A stretch of 64,000 nucleotides of DNA from positions 6,014,001 to 6,078,000 of the forward strand of contig OZ024743.1 in assembly GCA_964016885.1 (NCBI GenBank), given 5' to 3'. The translations under genes were made by a program, and so were the position numbers. Shown piece after piece: positions 1 to 11,410 of the stretch. The stretch comes from Eledone cirrhosa. Lineage: Eukaryota. The notes below the pieces were generated by a model, which saw only the letters and a program-made list of their open reading frames with translations, searched no databases and was not told the origin of the DNA. Within the stretch, counting starts at the first letter, position 1. Each line of letters begins with the position of its first letter.

Positions 1-522
1 AGTCAAGGTGAAACTTTCAAAACTATTGGTATCAATCTGACAAACCCATGTTTAAGTCAAGGCATATTTTATGTGGCTGTTTCAAGGACTGGAACTTCAA
101 AAAATATCTACATTTTAGCCAATCAAGAAATGTTGTTTACCCTCAAGTTCTTCATTAGGACAAAGTATGAAATATATTTTCATGTATTTATTATGTTAAA
201 ACATAAATAATTAAACTTTGAATTTTTAATTTGAAAATAATGCTTTACACAAAAATGAAATGATCAAGTTTTGAATTGATATTTTGAAAAAAATTATTTA
301 CAAGAAACAAAATAAGAATAAGATTTAATAATGTAATTTTGATTTGATATATGACAAAAAATAATGTTTTTCAATTTTTCATGCATTACATTTTACATTG
401 AGTAATATTGAAATGCAGAGTTTTTCTCCATAAATTATATCAATGATTTAAAATCAATCATCATTTTCTTACAAAAAAAAAAAAAATGTGTGAAACGCAA
501 CAAAGCGTGAGCAATTCGGCTA

Positions 523-523
<1 letters not shown>
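1..523 (+). mobile_element. Helitron 3' end (Pif1-like helicase C-terminus plus terminal hairpin and CTAG)
   Basis: From base 1 the frame reads SQGETFKTIGINLTNPCLSQGIFYVAVSRTG, matching Pif1/Helitron helicase motifs V-VI. Hairpin ACGC-AACAAA-GCGT at 495-508 is followed by CTAG at 520-523 and then T, as expected for a Helitron 3' terminus. Confidence 0.8.
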
Positions 524-556
<33 letters not shown>

Positions 557-755
557 GTTTGTATTTATCGTTGTTGTGGCTATACACTATGACCACATAC
601 ACCTCGTCGATTTCTTCATGTTGTAACACTTTTAACTTTGTGTTTACTCTGGACGAAAAATGTATAAACTTTTCGCACAATTGAGTGCTTTGTGACTGCC
701 TCAAACAATTCGATTGGTATCTACCCTACACTGCAGCTAAAACTTCGATTTATAA

Positions 756-860
<105 letters not shown>

Positions 861-869
861 AGTACGTAA

Positions 870-980
870 AAATCATCCTACCGAGGTTAACTTTGCCTTT
901 CATCCTTACGGGGTCGATAAAATAAAGTACCAGTAATGTACTGGATAATTGCTGGCCTTGTGCCTAAAATAGAAACAATT
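870..980 (+). mobile_element. SINE family A fragment
   Basis: Shares the core gaggttaactttgcctttcatccttacggggtcgataaaataaagtaccagt with more than 10 other copies in the window. Confidence 0.85.
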
Positions 981-1829
981 ATAAGTATAACATTTCCAAA
1001 GTACATTATATAACTACTTTAAAAAAAATCAATAATAAAAGAATCCCAATGTTTTATAAATATTCTGTGTGGTAGATCCTTCGTCGGTTTCAGCGATGAG
1101 CATTCATTGTTCGATCAACTAAATGTCCCATCCATTAGATTAACGTGTATGTCACTCAGTATTCCACAAAACATATGTGTATTCATAACGGAATGCCTTA
1201 GCTGAATCTCTATATGTGGCAGTACTGGACCTTTGAGCCTCCACACATATTCCGCCAACCCAATTCCACTCAAGTTTGACGAAGACACTTGACCAAGATG
1301 CCTCGCTGAGTGATCGAACTCGCGACTCTATGACAGAAAAGCGAACTTCTTGCTATCCAGCCACGAAACAAAAAACAATAACAAAATATACTACATCAAA
1401 TATCTCTGGCATGCCACACGTCATAAGAAATAATGCTATATTGTAGGAAGAAGTACATCCTTCATTCAATAGTTCCTACCTGTTTCGTGTTAATTCAATA
1501 TAATAGATTAAGCATAAAAACAAGGTTTGTCCGGTAAATGTATTCTTTAAAGAAACATCATCGTGATTTATTAAATACAGGAACAGGCACTTCGGCGCAT
1601 TGAGGTACAAGCTATGAGTAAATCTGAGTAATCTATCTTTGATTTGGTGTTGGAAATATGTTCAGGTATATCAATCACCAAAAATAATCTCCAACGTGGT
1701 TTGTTGGTTCTCCTTAGACCACTGATTTACGATGCAAGTTCGGTAATCAGAGTGAATAGCCTAAGGTTTGTCTTCATTGTCCAATTTCACTCTCAATATA
1801 TGTTAAATATTCTCTTGTAAAATAATTTT

Positions 1830-2030
1830 TACTTTAGGCACAAGACCAGTAATTTGAAGGAGGGGAAAGTAGATTAAATCGAACCCATTGCATTACTGGT
1901 GCTTTATTTTATCGACCCCGTAAGGATGAAAGGCAAAGCCAACCTCGGCGGGATTTGAACTCGGAACATAAAGCACCATAACTCTATGCTACAAAGCATA
2001 GTGTCTGACATTCTACCGATATTGCCAATC
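1830..2030 (-). mobile_element. SINE family A copy
   Basis: Reverse complement of the family A core, including the B-box-like gagttcaaatcc. Confidence 0.85.
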
Positions 2031-2236
2031 CATTTGTAAAATAATGTGTAATAGGTTGGTGTTACAAATGATCCTCAAATGTAAGAGAAGATATCCGAGT
2101 TGCATCTCTTATCCCCACTAATAATAGATTTACAACTTCAATTTATTAATAATAGACAACCTAGAAATACTGTATAAAACTTAGTTACCGTTGGGCCTGA
2201 GTGCCTGAAGACACAACCAACTAATGCTGAAATAAG

Positions 2237-2610
2237 CAGACCTATCAACTCTCCATGGTCTGACGGGAAGATCTTTCACCCACTGTGGGGTGGATGAGAG
2301 ATGTCTTTTCTTGTGAAAATAGGTATAGCTTTCATTATGCGGTGGATTGGCAGTGTCGGTAGAGGATCGGACGCCATGCTTTCCAGCATAGTTACGTCCC
2401 TTTACGATCTGAGTTCAAATCCCGCCGAGGTTGACTTTGTCTTTCATCCTTACGGGGTCGATAAAATAAAGTACCAGTAATGCACTGGGTAATTGCTGGC
2501 CTTGTGCCTAAAGTAGAAACAATTATGTAAAATCTCTCCGTTTTGCCTCATTTTGGGGCACCTTTTTTCATGGTACTCCCCGTTTGGGCTTTTAGAGGTT
2601 GGCAGGTCTG
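2237..2610. mobile_element. About 195-bp MITE interrupted by a SINE A insertion (about 2340-2522)
   Basis: TIRs cagacctatcaac...gttggcaggtctg with flanking duplication aaataag. The inner SINE is flanked by attatg on both sides. The two halves match the intact MITE at 7250-7444. Confidence 0.8.
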
Positions 2611-3226
2611 AAATAAGTAAAACGAAAAGCCTGTAGTATTCTATGTTAATATTGTTTACAAAATAGCTAAGGAAATTTACCTAAGAAAGATACATTTCAA
2701 ACTGTTCTACCACTCCTATAACCATTCAAAATTTACAGGCTATTCTTCATAAGAAGGAGTTTATGTGTTACACAACATTCCTCAGTAAATAGATATGGGA
2801 AAATTACATAAACAAGTTGATATGTTTTTTTCATTGTAGTATAGCAACTATTTGTGACATACAGGCTTTGTAAGAAATTAACTTGATGTTTATCTATAAA
2901 TGCCTTTAAATACTACTTTGATTTTAAATGGCTAGACTGTTTTGAAACTAATAGTAATTTTCCTAATGCCTGTGATACTTAGCGACTAAAATTAAAAAAC
3001 ACGGAAAAGTGTAACCATTACTAATCTAGCAAATTCACGATGTGTTTTATAAGTCTTAACATTTCTTTTTACTTCTATAAAGATATAAAGAGGAGCAAAA
3101 TAACAAGTTTGTATTTGCAAAATAACACTCTACTAGATAACACTGTATGCCAATCACTAATGTATAAATCGATTCAAAGTTCTGCGAACCTTTCAATTGC
3201 ACCGTGCAGTATGTTGTTAAACATAT

Positions 3227-3480
3227 TCTTCTTCTTCTTCTTGAGAGGGTCGTTGGGGAAGAGTTCTCAAACACTCCTTCCAGTAGGTCCTGTCAGAATC
3301 AACTGCTTCTAACTGATCCGGCTGGATCCCTTAGCGTGATCAGCCAAGCTCATGGAGGTTATCCAACCATCTTGCTCGGGGTCTACCCCTGGGTCTCCTG
3401 CCGGTTGGGGTCTACCCCTGGGTCTCCTGCCAGTTGGTGTCTACCCCTGGGTCTCCTGCTGGTTCGTTTTGCTGAAAAAC
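3227..3480 (-). mobile_element. RTE-like LINE 3' fragment with (GAA)n tail and internal 30-bp triplication
   Basis: Similar to 6930-7165. (CTT)n tail on the + strand; ggtctacccctgggtctcctgc occurs three times. Confidence 0.6.
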
Positions 3481-3573
3481 ATTAAAATTAAAAATCCAAT
3501 TTTGATTTTTACTATTTTATAGTTATTCCATTAACGTAATTTTTAGATCCTGATATAATTATCTTTTTCTTAT

Positions 3574-4083
3574 CTTTTACAGGGCCCTGATGCCAGTGGT
3601 AACTATCTATTCTCAATCTTTACAGGGCCCTGATGCCAGTGGTAACTATCTATTCTCAATCTTTACAGGGCCCTGATGCCAGTGGTAACTATCTATTCTC
3701 AATCTTTACAGGGCCCTGATGCCAGTGGTAACTATCTATTCTCAATCTTTACAGGGCCCTGATGCCAGTGGTAACTATCTATTCTCAATCTTTACAGGGC
3801 CCTGATGCCAGTGGTAACTATCTATTCTCAATCTTTACAGGGCCCTGATGCCAGTGGTAACTATTTATTCTCAATCTTTACAGGGCCCTGATGCCAGTGG
3901 TAACTATTTATTCTCAATCTTTACAGGGCCCTGATGCCAGTGGTAACTATCTATTCTCAATCTTTACAGGGCCCTGATGCCAGTGGTAACTATCTATTCT
4001 CAATCTTTACAGGGCCCTGATGCCAGTGGTAACTATTTATTCTCAATCTTTACAGAGCCCTGATGCCAGTGGTAACTATCTAT
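3574..4083 (+). repeat. Tandem array of 12 x 43-bp units, each containing acceptor, 16-nt microexon and donor
   Basis: Unit ctttacag|GGCCCTGATGCCAGTG|gtaactatctattctcaat; the AG recurs at 3581, 3624, 3667 ... 4054 (period 43). Confidence 0.97.
3583..3598 (+). CDS. Probable astacin propeptide microexon (GPDAS plus first base of E), first copy of the array
   Basis: Preceded by the long polypyrimidine tract atctttttcttatcttttacag; donor G|gtaact. Ends in phase 1, matching the phase-1 exon at 5389 to give GPDASEFDERYPEENPG. Confidence 0.55.
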
Positions 4084-5388
4084 CTTATTTCCCTAGACAG
4101 AGTTCTTTTATAGAAAGAAATTTAGGCAAAAGGGAAAAATATTATTTTTTAAAACTTATAATCAATCAACTTCTGCATATTACCAGTATATTTGTTTTAC
4201 TTGCTAGGCACTGAGGAGATACTTCCCCAGCTGTAAGAGGTGGGGTGCAGAATAATGTTGAGTGTTTCATTAGCTTACAGGTTTTGCCGTGTTTAGTTCA
4301 GAACTTAGCGAAAGTAACAGGAAATAAACTTCAGTGCATGTTTTCTGCTTTAAAGCAAGGAATTCAATATTGCACCAAAGTATCGATAGTACTGCCCTTA
4401 ACAAAATATAACTAGTCGATGAGGGACACACGTCTTCCTGGGACGGTCAAGTCAGGAAGCAAATCGGTGGTGGGTATACTTTTTTTTTTAAATAGAAAAC
4501 TTTCAAAAGAGCGAAGCTAATATATGGAATTGTATTTGCATCAACAATTATTCAACAAATAGAAACCTTGTTCAACCTTTTGAGTACATGGAGAGACTGT
4601 GGAACATGTAGAACACTTCTAATATTTGGGCTGTCACCTATCACAGAATGCAAATATTGATGAGGAGGTCAAATACTAGATAATATGTGCCACGGCAACC
4701 TGTGGTCACCTGAGAAGATGCGTGTATGAAGATTATGATTCATGACAAGCAAACTAACCTGCGGCGTAAGGGGCATTTGTATCTACTCTCATACGCGGCT
4801 TTGACTGTTTTACTTACAGCTGAATAAAAAAAAACAAAAAACCCACACGAGACAGATAAAATTGGTTCCACGGATATTTGAAAATGTGTGATATTAATAT
4901 ATAAGTGGGGATTGTTGGCGAATAACTGACACAAATAAAGACAAATCATAAATGATGGAGCCCAACATTATGACATAGCTCGAATCGAATACTCCAATGG
5001 TAAACGTGAACTTAAAAAAGAACGATGAAGCAACCAACACGACGCCTCTCTCTTGTGACAAGACTTATGAATCCTGCAAGCGGAAATTTAGTGGACTATC
5101 ATCCTCGATCCCGGGAGATTTCCGACGTTGATTTTTGTTTTTACATAGGTACAATGTCTTATATTTTAGGCATATTTTTTACAAAGTCATTCGTAACCTA
5201 GTAAAGTGGATATGGTGACACAAGTTTGAAATAACTTCGCAAAAATTAATTATTTTCATATTAACATTAGCAACAAAGGTCTTTAAAAAGCAGTAGCATT
5301 TTAAAATTTAGTATTTCTACTATTGATATATAGCGATGCATGCCAATAAAATATCTTTTGCTAAGCTACATATTGTTTACAATTTCAG

Positions 5389-5421
5389 AATTTGATGAAA
5401 GATATCCAGAAGAAAATCCAG
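5389..5421 (+). CDS. Astacin-family metalloprotease, propeptide exon (xFDERYPEENPG)
   Basis: tttcag acceptor, gttagt donor, 33 nt, phase 1-1. Joins the next exon to give PEENPGLFEGDI, typical of astacin propeptides. Confidence 0.85.
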
Positions 5422-5725
5422 GTTAGTAAAAATTATTTATCTGTACATCCAAGGTCACCCCACTTCGTATGTGTGTGTGTTTATTGCTGCGTATGTATGC
5501 GTGTAATGAAAAGTGAAAATTCTTTCAGGCAGTTAATATTTTTTTGTTGTTTTGTAACCCCAGGCCGGCTTTGATCGAGCAGTCTTACGGCATACATACA
5601 ATCGGCCGAACGACGAAGCAAGACCTACAGATCCATCTTTCTAGTTATTCAATGCCTCTCCCCGTCTAGCCGAGGAACATTTTACATACTCCGACATGCA
5701 GTGATGAATCATATAAGTTGCAGTG

Positions 5726-5916
5726 CAGACCTGCCAACCTCTACCGAAACGGGGAGTACCATGAAAATTAATGCAACAAAACCGGGAGAAATGAGACAAA
5801 ACGGGGAGATTTTACATAATGAAAACTATACCCATTTTCACTAGAGAAGACATCTCTCACCCATTCCAAAGTGGGTGGAAGATCTCCCCGTCGGACGGGG
5901 AGAGTTGACGGGTCTG
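5726..5916. mobile_element. MITE with hAT-like TIRs, opposite orientation to the 7250 copy
   Basis: TIRs cagacctgccaac / gttgacgggtctg; 8-bp flanks ttgcagtg / ctgcagtg. Confidence 0.8.
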
Positions 5917-6929
5917 CTGCAGTGTAACAGTGGCTATGTTGAAGTCTCTCCAGCCTGCAACTCTCTCTCTCTCGTTTGAATACCAGTCGACTTGATCTTT
6001 GACTCAAGCCCACTAAAATGTTTGTGTGTACATACATACACATATGTGCTGCTGGTGATGATGATGCGTTTTTCATGTAATATATAAGCATTGTTATATT
6101 GGAAGTTTTCTAAGTATGGATGTATTTTTACCTCTCTCTCTCTCTTTCTTTCTTTCTTTTTGTTCTTCATTCATATCCTGTAACTACTATAAGTTAGTTG
6201 TTGGTATGTCTAACAATGTATTTGGAGGTGGAAGGGGTCTAAGCTTATAACGATAATATCTGGTCTATTTCCAAATTGAAACAGAAGCAAATTTATAGTC
6301 CATGAGTACCCTGGGCCAGATGTAGACACAAGCTAAACAAGCCACAGTTTAATGTCTCAGAATTGTGGTCCCACCCATGCCAATATGGAAAAGTAGTTGT
6401 GAAATGATACCAATGATGTAGAGTCTTAAAATGTTATGGTATATATTTTTTACTATCATTTCATTTATATCTGAATTAGGATTTAACCCCATTAACTCAA
6501 TTAAAAAACAATTAACATTAACAAATTAGAGCCAATTATTTAAAAGATTGTTATTCACATAAGATGATATTGTGCGGTTATGTTATTTTATAATCATATA
6601 CTTAAATATCAATTATTCGAATATTTATGCGTCTGCTGTATGATTCTGTATGCAATTAAACCCCTCAAAGCTGCAACAAATTCTAGGCCTCATTATCACT
6701 GATGACCTTTCATTGTGATCTCACATTCACAAAGTAATAAAACCTGTATTCCAAAAACTATCATTCCTCTTCATTGCCAGAAAATATTTCAGCTCGAAAC
6801 AATTGCTAACTTTCAACAAAGTCCTGGTGAGAACTATGATAGAATATTGCTCCTACATCTGGGATAATGTTGCAATTACATAGATGCGAATATCCTTTCA
6901 AAGAAAGCCATCTGGCTGATTGGTAAATG

Positions 6930-7165
6930 CTCTTCTTCTTCGCCCACTTATTCCTGAGAGGGTTGTGTGAGCAGAGTCCTCAAACAGCAGGTCCTGTCAG
7001 AAGCAACTGTCTCCAAGTAATCTGGCTGGATTCCCAAGCGTGACCAGCCAAGCTCATGGATGTTATCCAACCATCTTACTCGAGCTCTACATCTGGGTCT
7101 CCTGCCAGTTGATTGTGCCCGTAACATCTGTCCAGCAATTCTTTCTTGAAATATTCTAACCATTT
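6930..7165 (-). mobile_element. RTE-like LINE 3' fragment
   Basis: Translation GRRPRCRARVRWLDNI...VASDR resembles an RTE ORF C-terminus; (GAA)n-like tail. Confidence 0.65.
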
Positions 7166-7249
7166 ATTACCAGTTATTACCAAAGATTCATGACCTAAAT
7201 ATAGCCACAAAGACGGGTAGGTGAGGTAGACTCAGCTAGAGCGCAATAG

Positions 7250-7444
7250 CAGACCTGTCAACTCTCCCCGTCCAACGGAGAGATCTCCCACCCACTTTGG
7301 CATGGGTGAGAGATGTCTTTTCCTGTGAGAATGGGTATACATTTTATTATGTAAAATCTCCCCATTTTGCCTCATTTTCCCCCGTTTTGATGAACTTTTT
7401 TTTATCGTACTCTCTGTTTGGGTTGTTAGAAGTTGGCAGGTCTG
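7250..7444. mobile_element. MITE, intact copy
   Basis: TIRs cagacctgtcaact / agttggcaggtctg; flanking duplication caatag. Partial copies also at about 18985-19125 and 39522-39680. Confidence 0.82.
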
Positions 7445-9266
7445 CAATAGTTGCTGTTTTTCTGTATTTATAACTGGTAGTGTGCATTCCTGTATGATAT
7501 CTGGGGTTAATGAGGCTAGAGTAAGTAAAATATCAATGATATTGTACTTATTTATATGTATATGTTTATATTTGTTTAGGCTGAGTAGGAGAAATAATAC
7601 TTTTAGGATAATGTAGTTGTTTTCTGAGATATTGTATATATGTTTGTGTGCTTGGAGAGATTATTTCATATAATGGTAGGAACTATAAGGGTTCAAGTTT
7701 ATGGTAAGTTCGAATGTTCGGTTACAAACTATGCTGTCATTACTTCACAAAATCTCAGGACCGTTCAGTGGTTTACATATTTGACTATTTGGTCTTTCAA
7801 TCATTTATTAACTTAATTCCTTAATTCAGTTACATTTAACATACATATATTTTATCTGTTCTATCAAACCCTTTTACCAAAGACCTAGAGCTTCAGCATA
7901 GAAGAGTTATAATTTACTGATATTTTCTGAAGCTAATTCTCGTCAGAGTTAGAAATTCTAATTTATTCAGCATTGAGAAAAAATATTTTTCTAATGTAGT
8001 AGGAATATTACCGAACGTCTTGTGGTAAAAAGATTTGCTCGAATAACCAAAAGATGCATGGCTGAGATGCTGCTACTTCTCGCCTTTCAAATGTTATTTA
8101 AACACAAGCAAACACACTAAACGGTGAATACCCAATGAATACACGCTTCTGGAATTGTCTTTCGTATATTGTTTTCTCTGTGCAAGATACAACTTATTTT
8201 AAATATGACTCTTGTTTCTGAAACTAAAAACAGGAACAAATTACATCCTTGTTTATAATACGACGGGAATAAATTACATCCTTGTGTATAATGCGACTTG
8301 TCGACCTCCCACATATTTCACTACAATATTTAGTTTCTCATGACCCTAAATTTTGTTAGGCTCACTGCACTCTGCCTTTCATCCTTTCGATGTCCATAAA
8401 GTACCAGTCAAGTATTGGGGTCGATTGATTTTACCCCTTTCTCTCACGAACTCTATCAATATTTGGAAGAAATCAGCTTTGTTCAGCCTAGGGAGGAATG
8501 GCTAGGTTTCAAATGCCCAAGACATGCAGGACAGCACCCCTATGATACCATGACCAGTTAAAGAACCTTTTCTTTTTCCCACCGTGTTGTGTAGAAGCAG
8601 GTTTATCCTATTTACCGTTTCAAAACAAGTTTTCAAATTTTGGGGAAATATGCTAACTTAATATCATTTTTTTAACGGTGTTAATTAAGTTAATATACTT
8701 TTCTGTTATGACTTCATTATTTTCCTAATAGTACCAGTAATGCACTCGGTTAATTGCTGGCCTTGTGTCCAAGTAGAAACAATTATTTTCCTATATCCTA
8801 AGCTACGAAAAAAAAATTACGACAGTTATAACAATTCCTTGTGTTTGAGGCAAAAGATGTTCAAATAATTGACTCCCCACCTAAAAAAAAAAGAAAGTAT
8901 TTCTGTTATCAAAATATCAAATAGAGAATTTGTAAACAACTATTGTCAACAATGATTTGCAATCTTGCTATTTGAAATTACTTTAAGCTCAGTATAAATT
9001 TCTAATAACGCGTGTAACGATGATCTTATTTTGCTTTTAATTTTAGTTTCTTGAATGATACATAACGTTGTTTAAAAGACACACACGCACACGATACACA
9101 CACGCACACGACACACTCACGCATACGACACACTCACACACACATGAATACCCAATACCAATATAAATCAGTATATTTGCATATATAGACAGACACAAAA
9201 ACATTATTAAATAAATCTGTTCAGTTATAAACGGATTTCATAATTATCTCGTGTAATGCATTACAG

Positions 9267-9310
9267 GTTTATTTGAAGGAGACATTGAACTTGATGGTGA
9301 AAGCCCATTC
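9267..9310 (+). CDS. Astacin exon (GLFEGDIELDGESPF, aspartate-switch motif)
   Basis: ttacag acceptor, gtaagt donor, 44 nt, phase 1-0; FEGDI motif. Confidence 0.92.
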
Positions 9311-9319
9311 GTAAGTGAC

Positions 9320-9650
9320 TCTTCTTCTTCTTCTTCTTCTTGGAGTCTCAGTCATTGATGTTATTTAACTGGAAAGTTTGTTCAAATGAACATCAACCCA
9401 CTACCTGCACCCTCAGAAATTCAGGACGTATCGGAGGGTTCTTGCTGCTTCCAGCAAGTATGCCTTTTGAAGTGTTCCAAAATAGGGAGCTGGACTAATG
9501 TTCTTTAACTATCCTTGAAAACTCTTTGAGATAGTACCTAGTGCTCCTACGACAATCGGGATGACCTTCATCTCATGACAGTCGCAAATCATTTTTAACT
9601 CCCACTTTAAATCCTGGTATCGGTTAATTTTCTCTTTCTCCTTTTTTTTG
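9320..9650 (-). mobile_element. R4/NeSL-like non-LTR 3' fragment (restriction-like endonuclease end)
   Basis: Minus strand reads EREKINRYQDLKWELKMICDCHEMKVIPIVVGALGTIS; (GAA)n tail at 9320-9340. Confidence 0.75.
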
Positions 9651-9825
9651 CACTCGTGTGTCAAAGGGGTAGGCTACATGTATTGTTATTATTATTATTA
9701 TTCTGGTCACACACACACACACACAGACGCAGACACACACACACTCACACACGCACACACATACATGACTCCAACCTTGATTAACTCTTTGAATGAATTA
9801 TCTACAAATACTTTTCATCCTTCAG

Positions 9826-9901
9826 GACAGAAATGCTGTCGGAAGTGAAAAGCATATATGGCCCCATGGAATCGTCCCGTACACAATTTCTTCACATTTC
9901 C
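9826..9901 (+). CDS. Astacin exon (DRNAVGSEKHIWPHGIVPYTISSHF; mature N-terminus)
   Basis: cttcag acceptor, gtaagt donor, 76 nt, phase 0-1. R|NA activation site and WPxGxVPY motif. Confidence 0.95.
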
Positions 9902-10227
9902 GTAAGTATGAATTCTTACTTTGATTTCCCATTATCATTCATATATGAGAAAATAAAACAATCATAATTTCTAATACGAATTTTCAGCATCCTATATATG
10001 TTTAGTGTGCAATTCTCCAATAGTTATACTAGGCAACATTATTTTTGCTACCTTATCTCCGAGACTTCTTCCGAATGTCTTTGAGGCACTGTACTACCAA
10101 ATCATTTTTTTTTTTTCATATCACGCCAATCTTTTATTCAACAACATATCCCCACTTTTTAATAATGAGAGTAAAACAATATATGATAACAACATACGCA
10201 TTTTATACACACACATATATATACACA

Positions 10228-10636
10228 CATTAAAACAACAACAGAAGGTCGGACTGGAAAACTCACTTTAATTCCGCGAAATCACTATACATATTTCGAT
10301 GGCCCAGCTTCATCATCAGATTATGAAGCAAGACAAGGCAATCTCATCAGCCTGCAAATATGGCGTTTTATCAATAGCAACACCATATTTGACGACTGTT
10401 CCCGAGTCGAATTTTCTATTTTCTATCTTCTATTTTTTCTCTATCTCCTATTTTCCATTCCATGTTTGGATTCAATGTAATTCTGTTACATAATTCTGCA
10501 AATAACACCTGATGATATCGCCTTGTCTTGTATCATAATCGGATGATAAAGCTGGGCCATCGAAATATGTATAGTTATTTCGCGGAATTAAATTTCTAAA
10601 GTGAGTTTTCCAGTCCGGCCTTCGGTTGTTTTAATG
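10228..10636. mobile_element. Fold-back element with about 125-bp diverged inverted arms, probably a Penelope-like pLTR remnant
   Basis: 10228-10350 is the imperfect reverse complement of 10509-10636; each arm carries a hammerhead core. Confidence 0.7.
10500..10580 (+). ncRNA. Degenerate type I hammerhead ribozyme with long stem II (second core on - strand at 10279-10350)
   Basis: aaataac-ac-CTGATGA-tatcgcc...ggccatc-GAAA-tat-GTA-ta-gttattt. The minus copy has gattgcc/ggccatc and an inner gcttcat/atgaagc helix. Confidence 0.6.
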
Positions 10637-10941
10637 AATACTTTACTCCGCTCCTGCACCAACCACTTGATACCACATCTACGATGGATGACTTACATAA
10701 CGTTGAGCGCTTTAATTGATTTGTTGCATCATCGTTTACCAACCCAAACCACCAGTTCTACCCATTGGTAAACAACCTAACATAAATTATATATATATCC
10801 ATACACACCCAATCAGCTTCTTCCATAAGGAAAATTTGCAGGATTTTAAACTGTTCTAATTAAAAGGGTTATTTTATGAAAACGACTTTTAATTATAAAT
10901 CTCCACATAATTAATTATAACCGTCTATTTTGTTTTTACAG

Positions 10942-11065
10942 AAGGTTACGAACGAAACTTAATCCTAGCGGCCATGAAGGACCTCGAAGCAGGAACTGGA
11001 AACTGCATCAAATTTGTACCCAAAACACACCATCGTTATTATGTTAGTGTAATAACTGGACAAGG
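10942..11065 (+). CDS. Astacin exon (QGYERNLILAAMKDLEAGTGNCIKFVPKTHHRYYVSVITGQG)
   Basis: tttttacag acceptor, gtaagg donor, 124 nt, phase 1-2; CIKF motif. Confidence 0.95.
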
Positions 11066-11149
11066 GTAAGGACTACCAGGAAAAGATTTTAGTTCGTCTG
11101 CGAGTTGGTATTTACGCAGTTATAGCTTTTTAGGTATAGGCTGATTTCC

Positions 11150-11379
11150 GACAGCACATCGTGTCCTTGAGCATAACACTTTATTTCACGTTGCTCCAGT
11201 CCACCCCACTTGCAAAAATGAGTTGTTCTTGTAATTGAAAAGACCTGTCTTGTCACACATTGTGTCACACTGAATATTCATTAGAACTACATAAATACTA
11301 CACGTGCCTGTGGGATGCTGAGCAACTTGCAGTTGTTCGAATAATTGGAACACTCGCCATCGGAACAGAAGGAAGTCCA

Positions 11380-11410
<31 letters not shown>

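Noticed and set aside
3204-3312. Signal-peptide exon for the astacin (MLLNIFFFFFL)
   Set aside because: The hydrophobic run comes from the (CTT)n tail of an antisense LINE fragment, and no suitable donor follows.
3574-4083. CRISPR array
   Set aside because: Units are directly adjacent and near-identical with no unique spacers; eukaryotic context and no cas genes.
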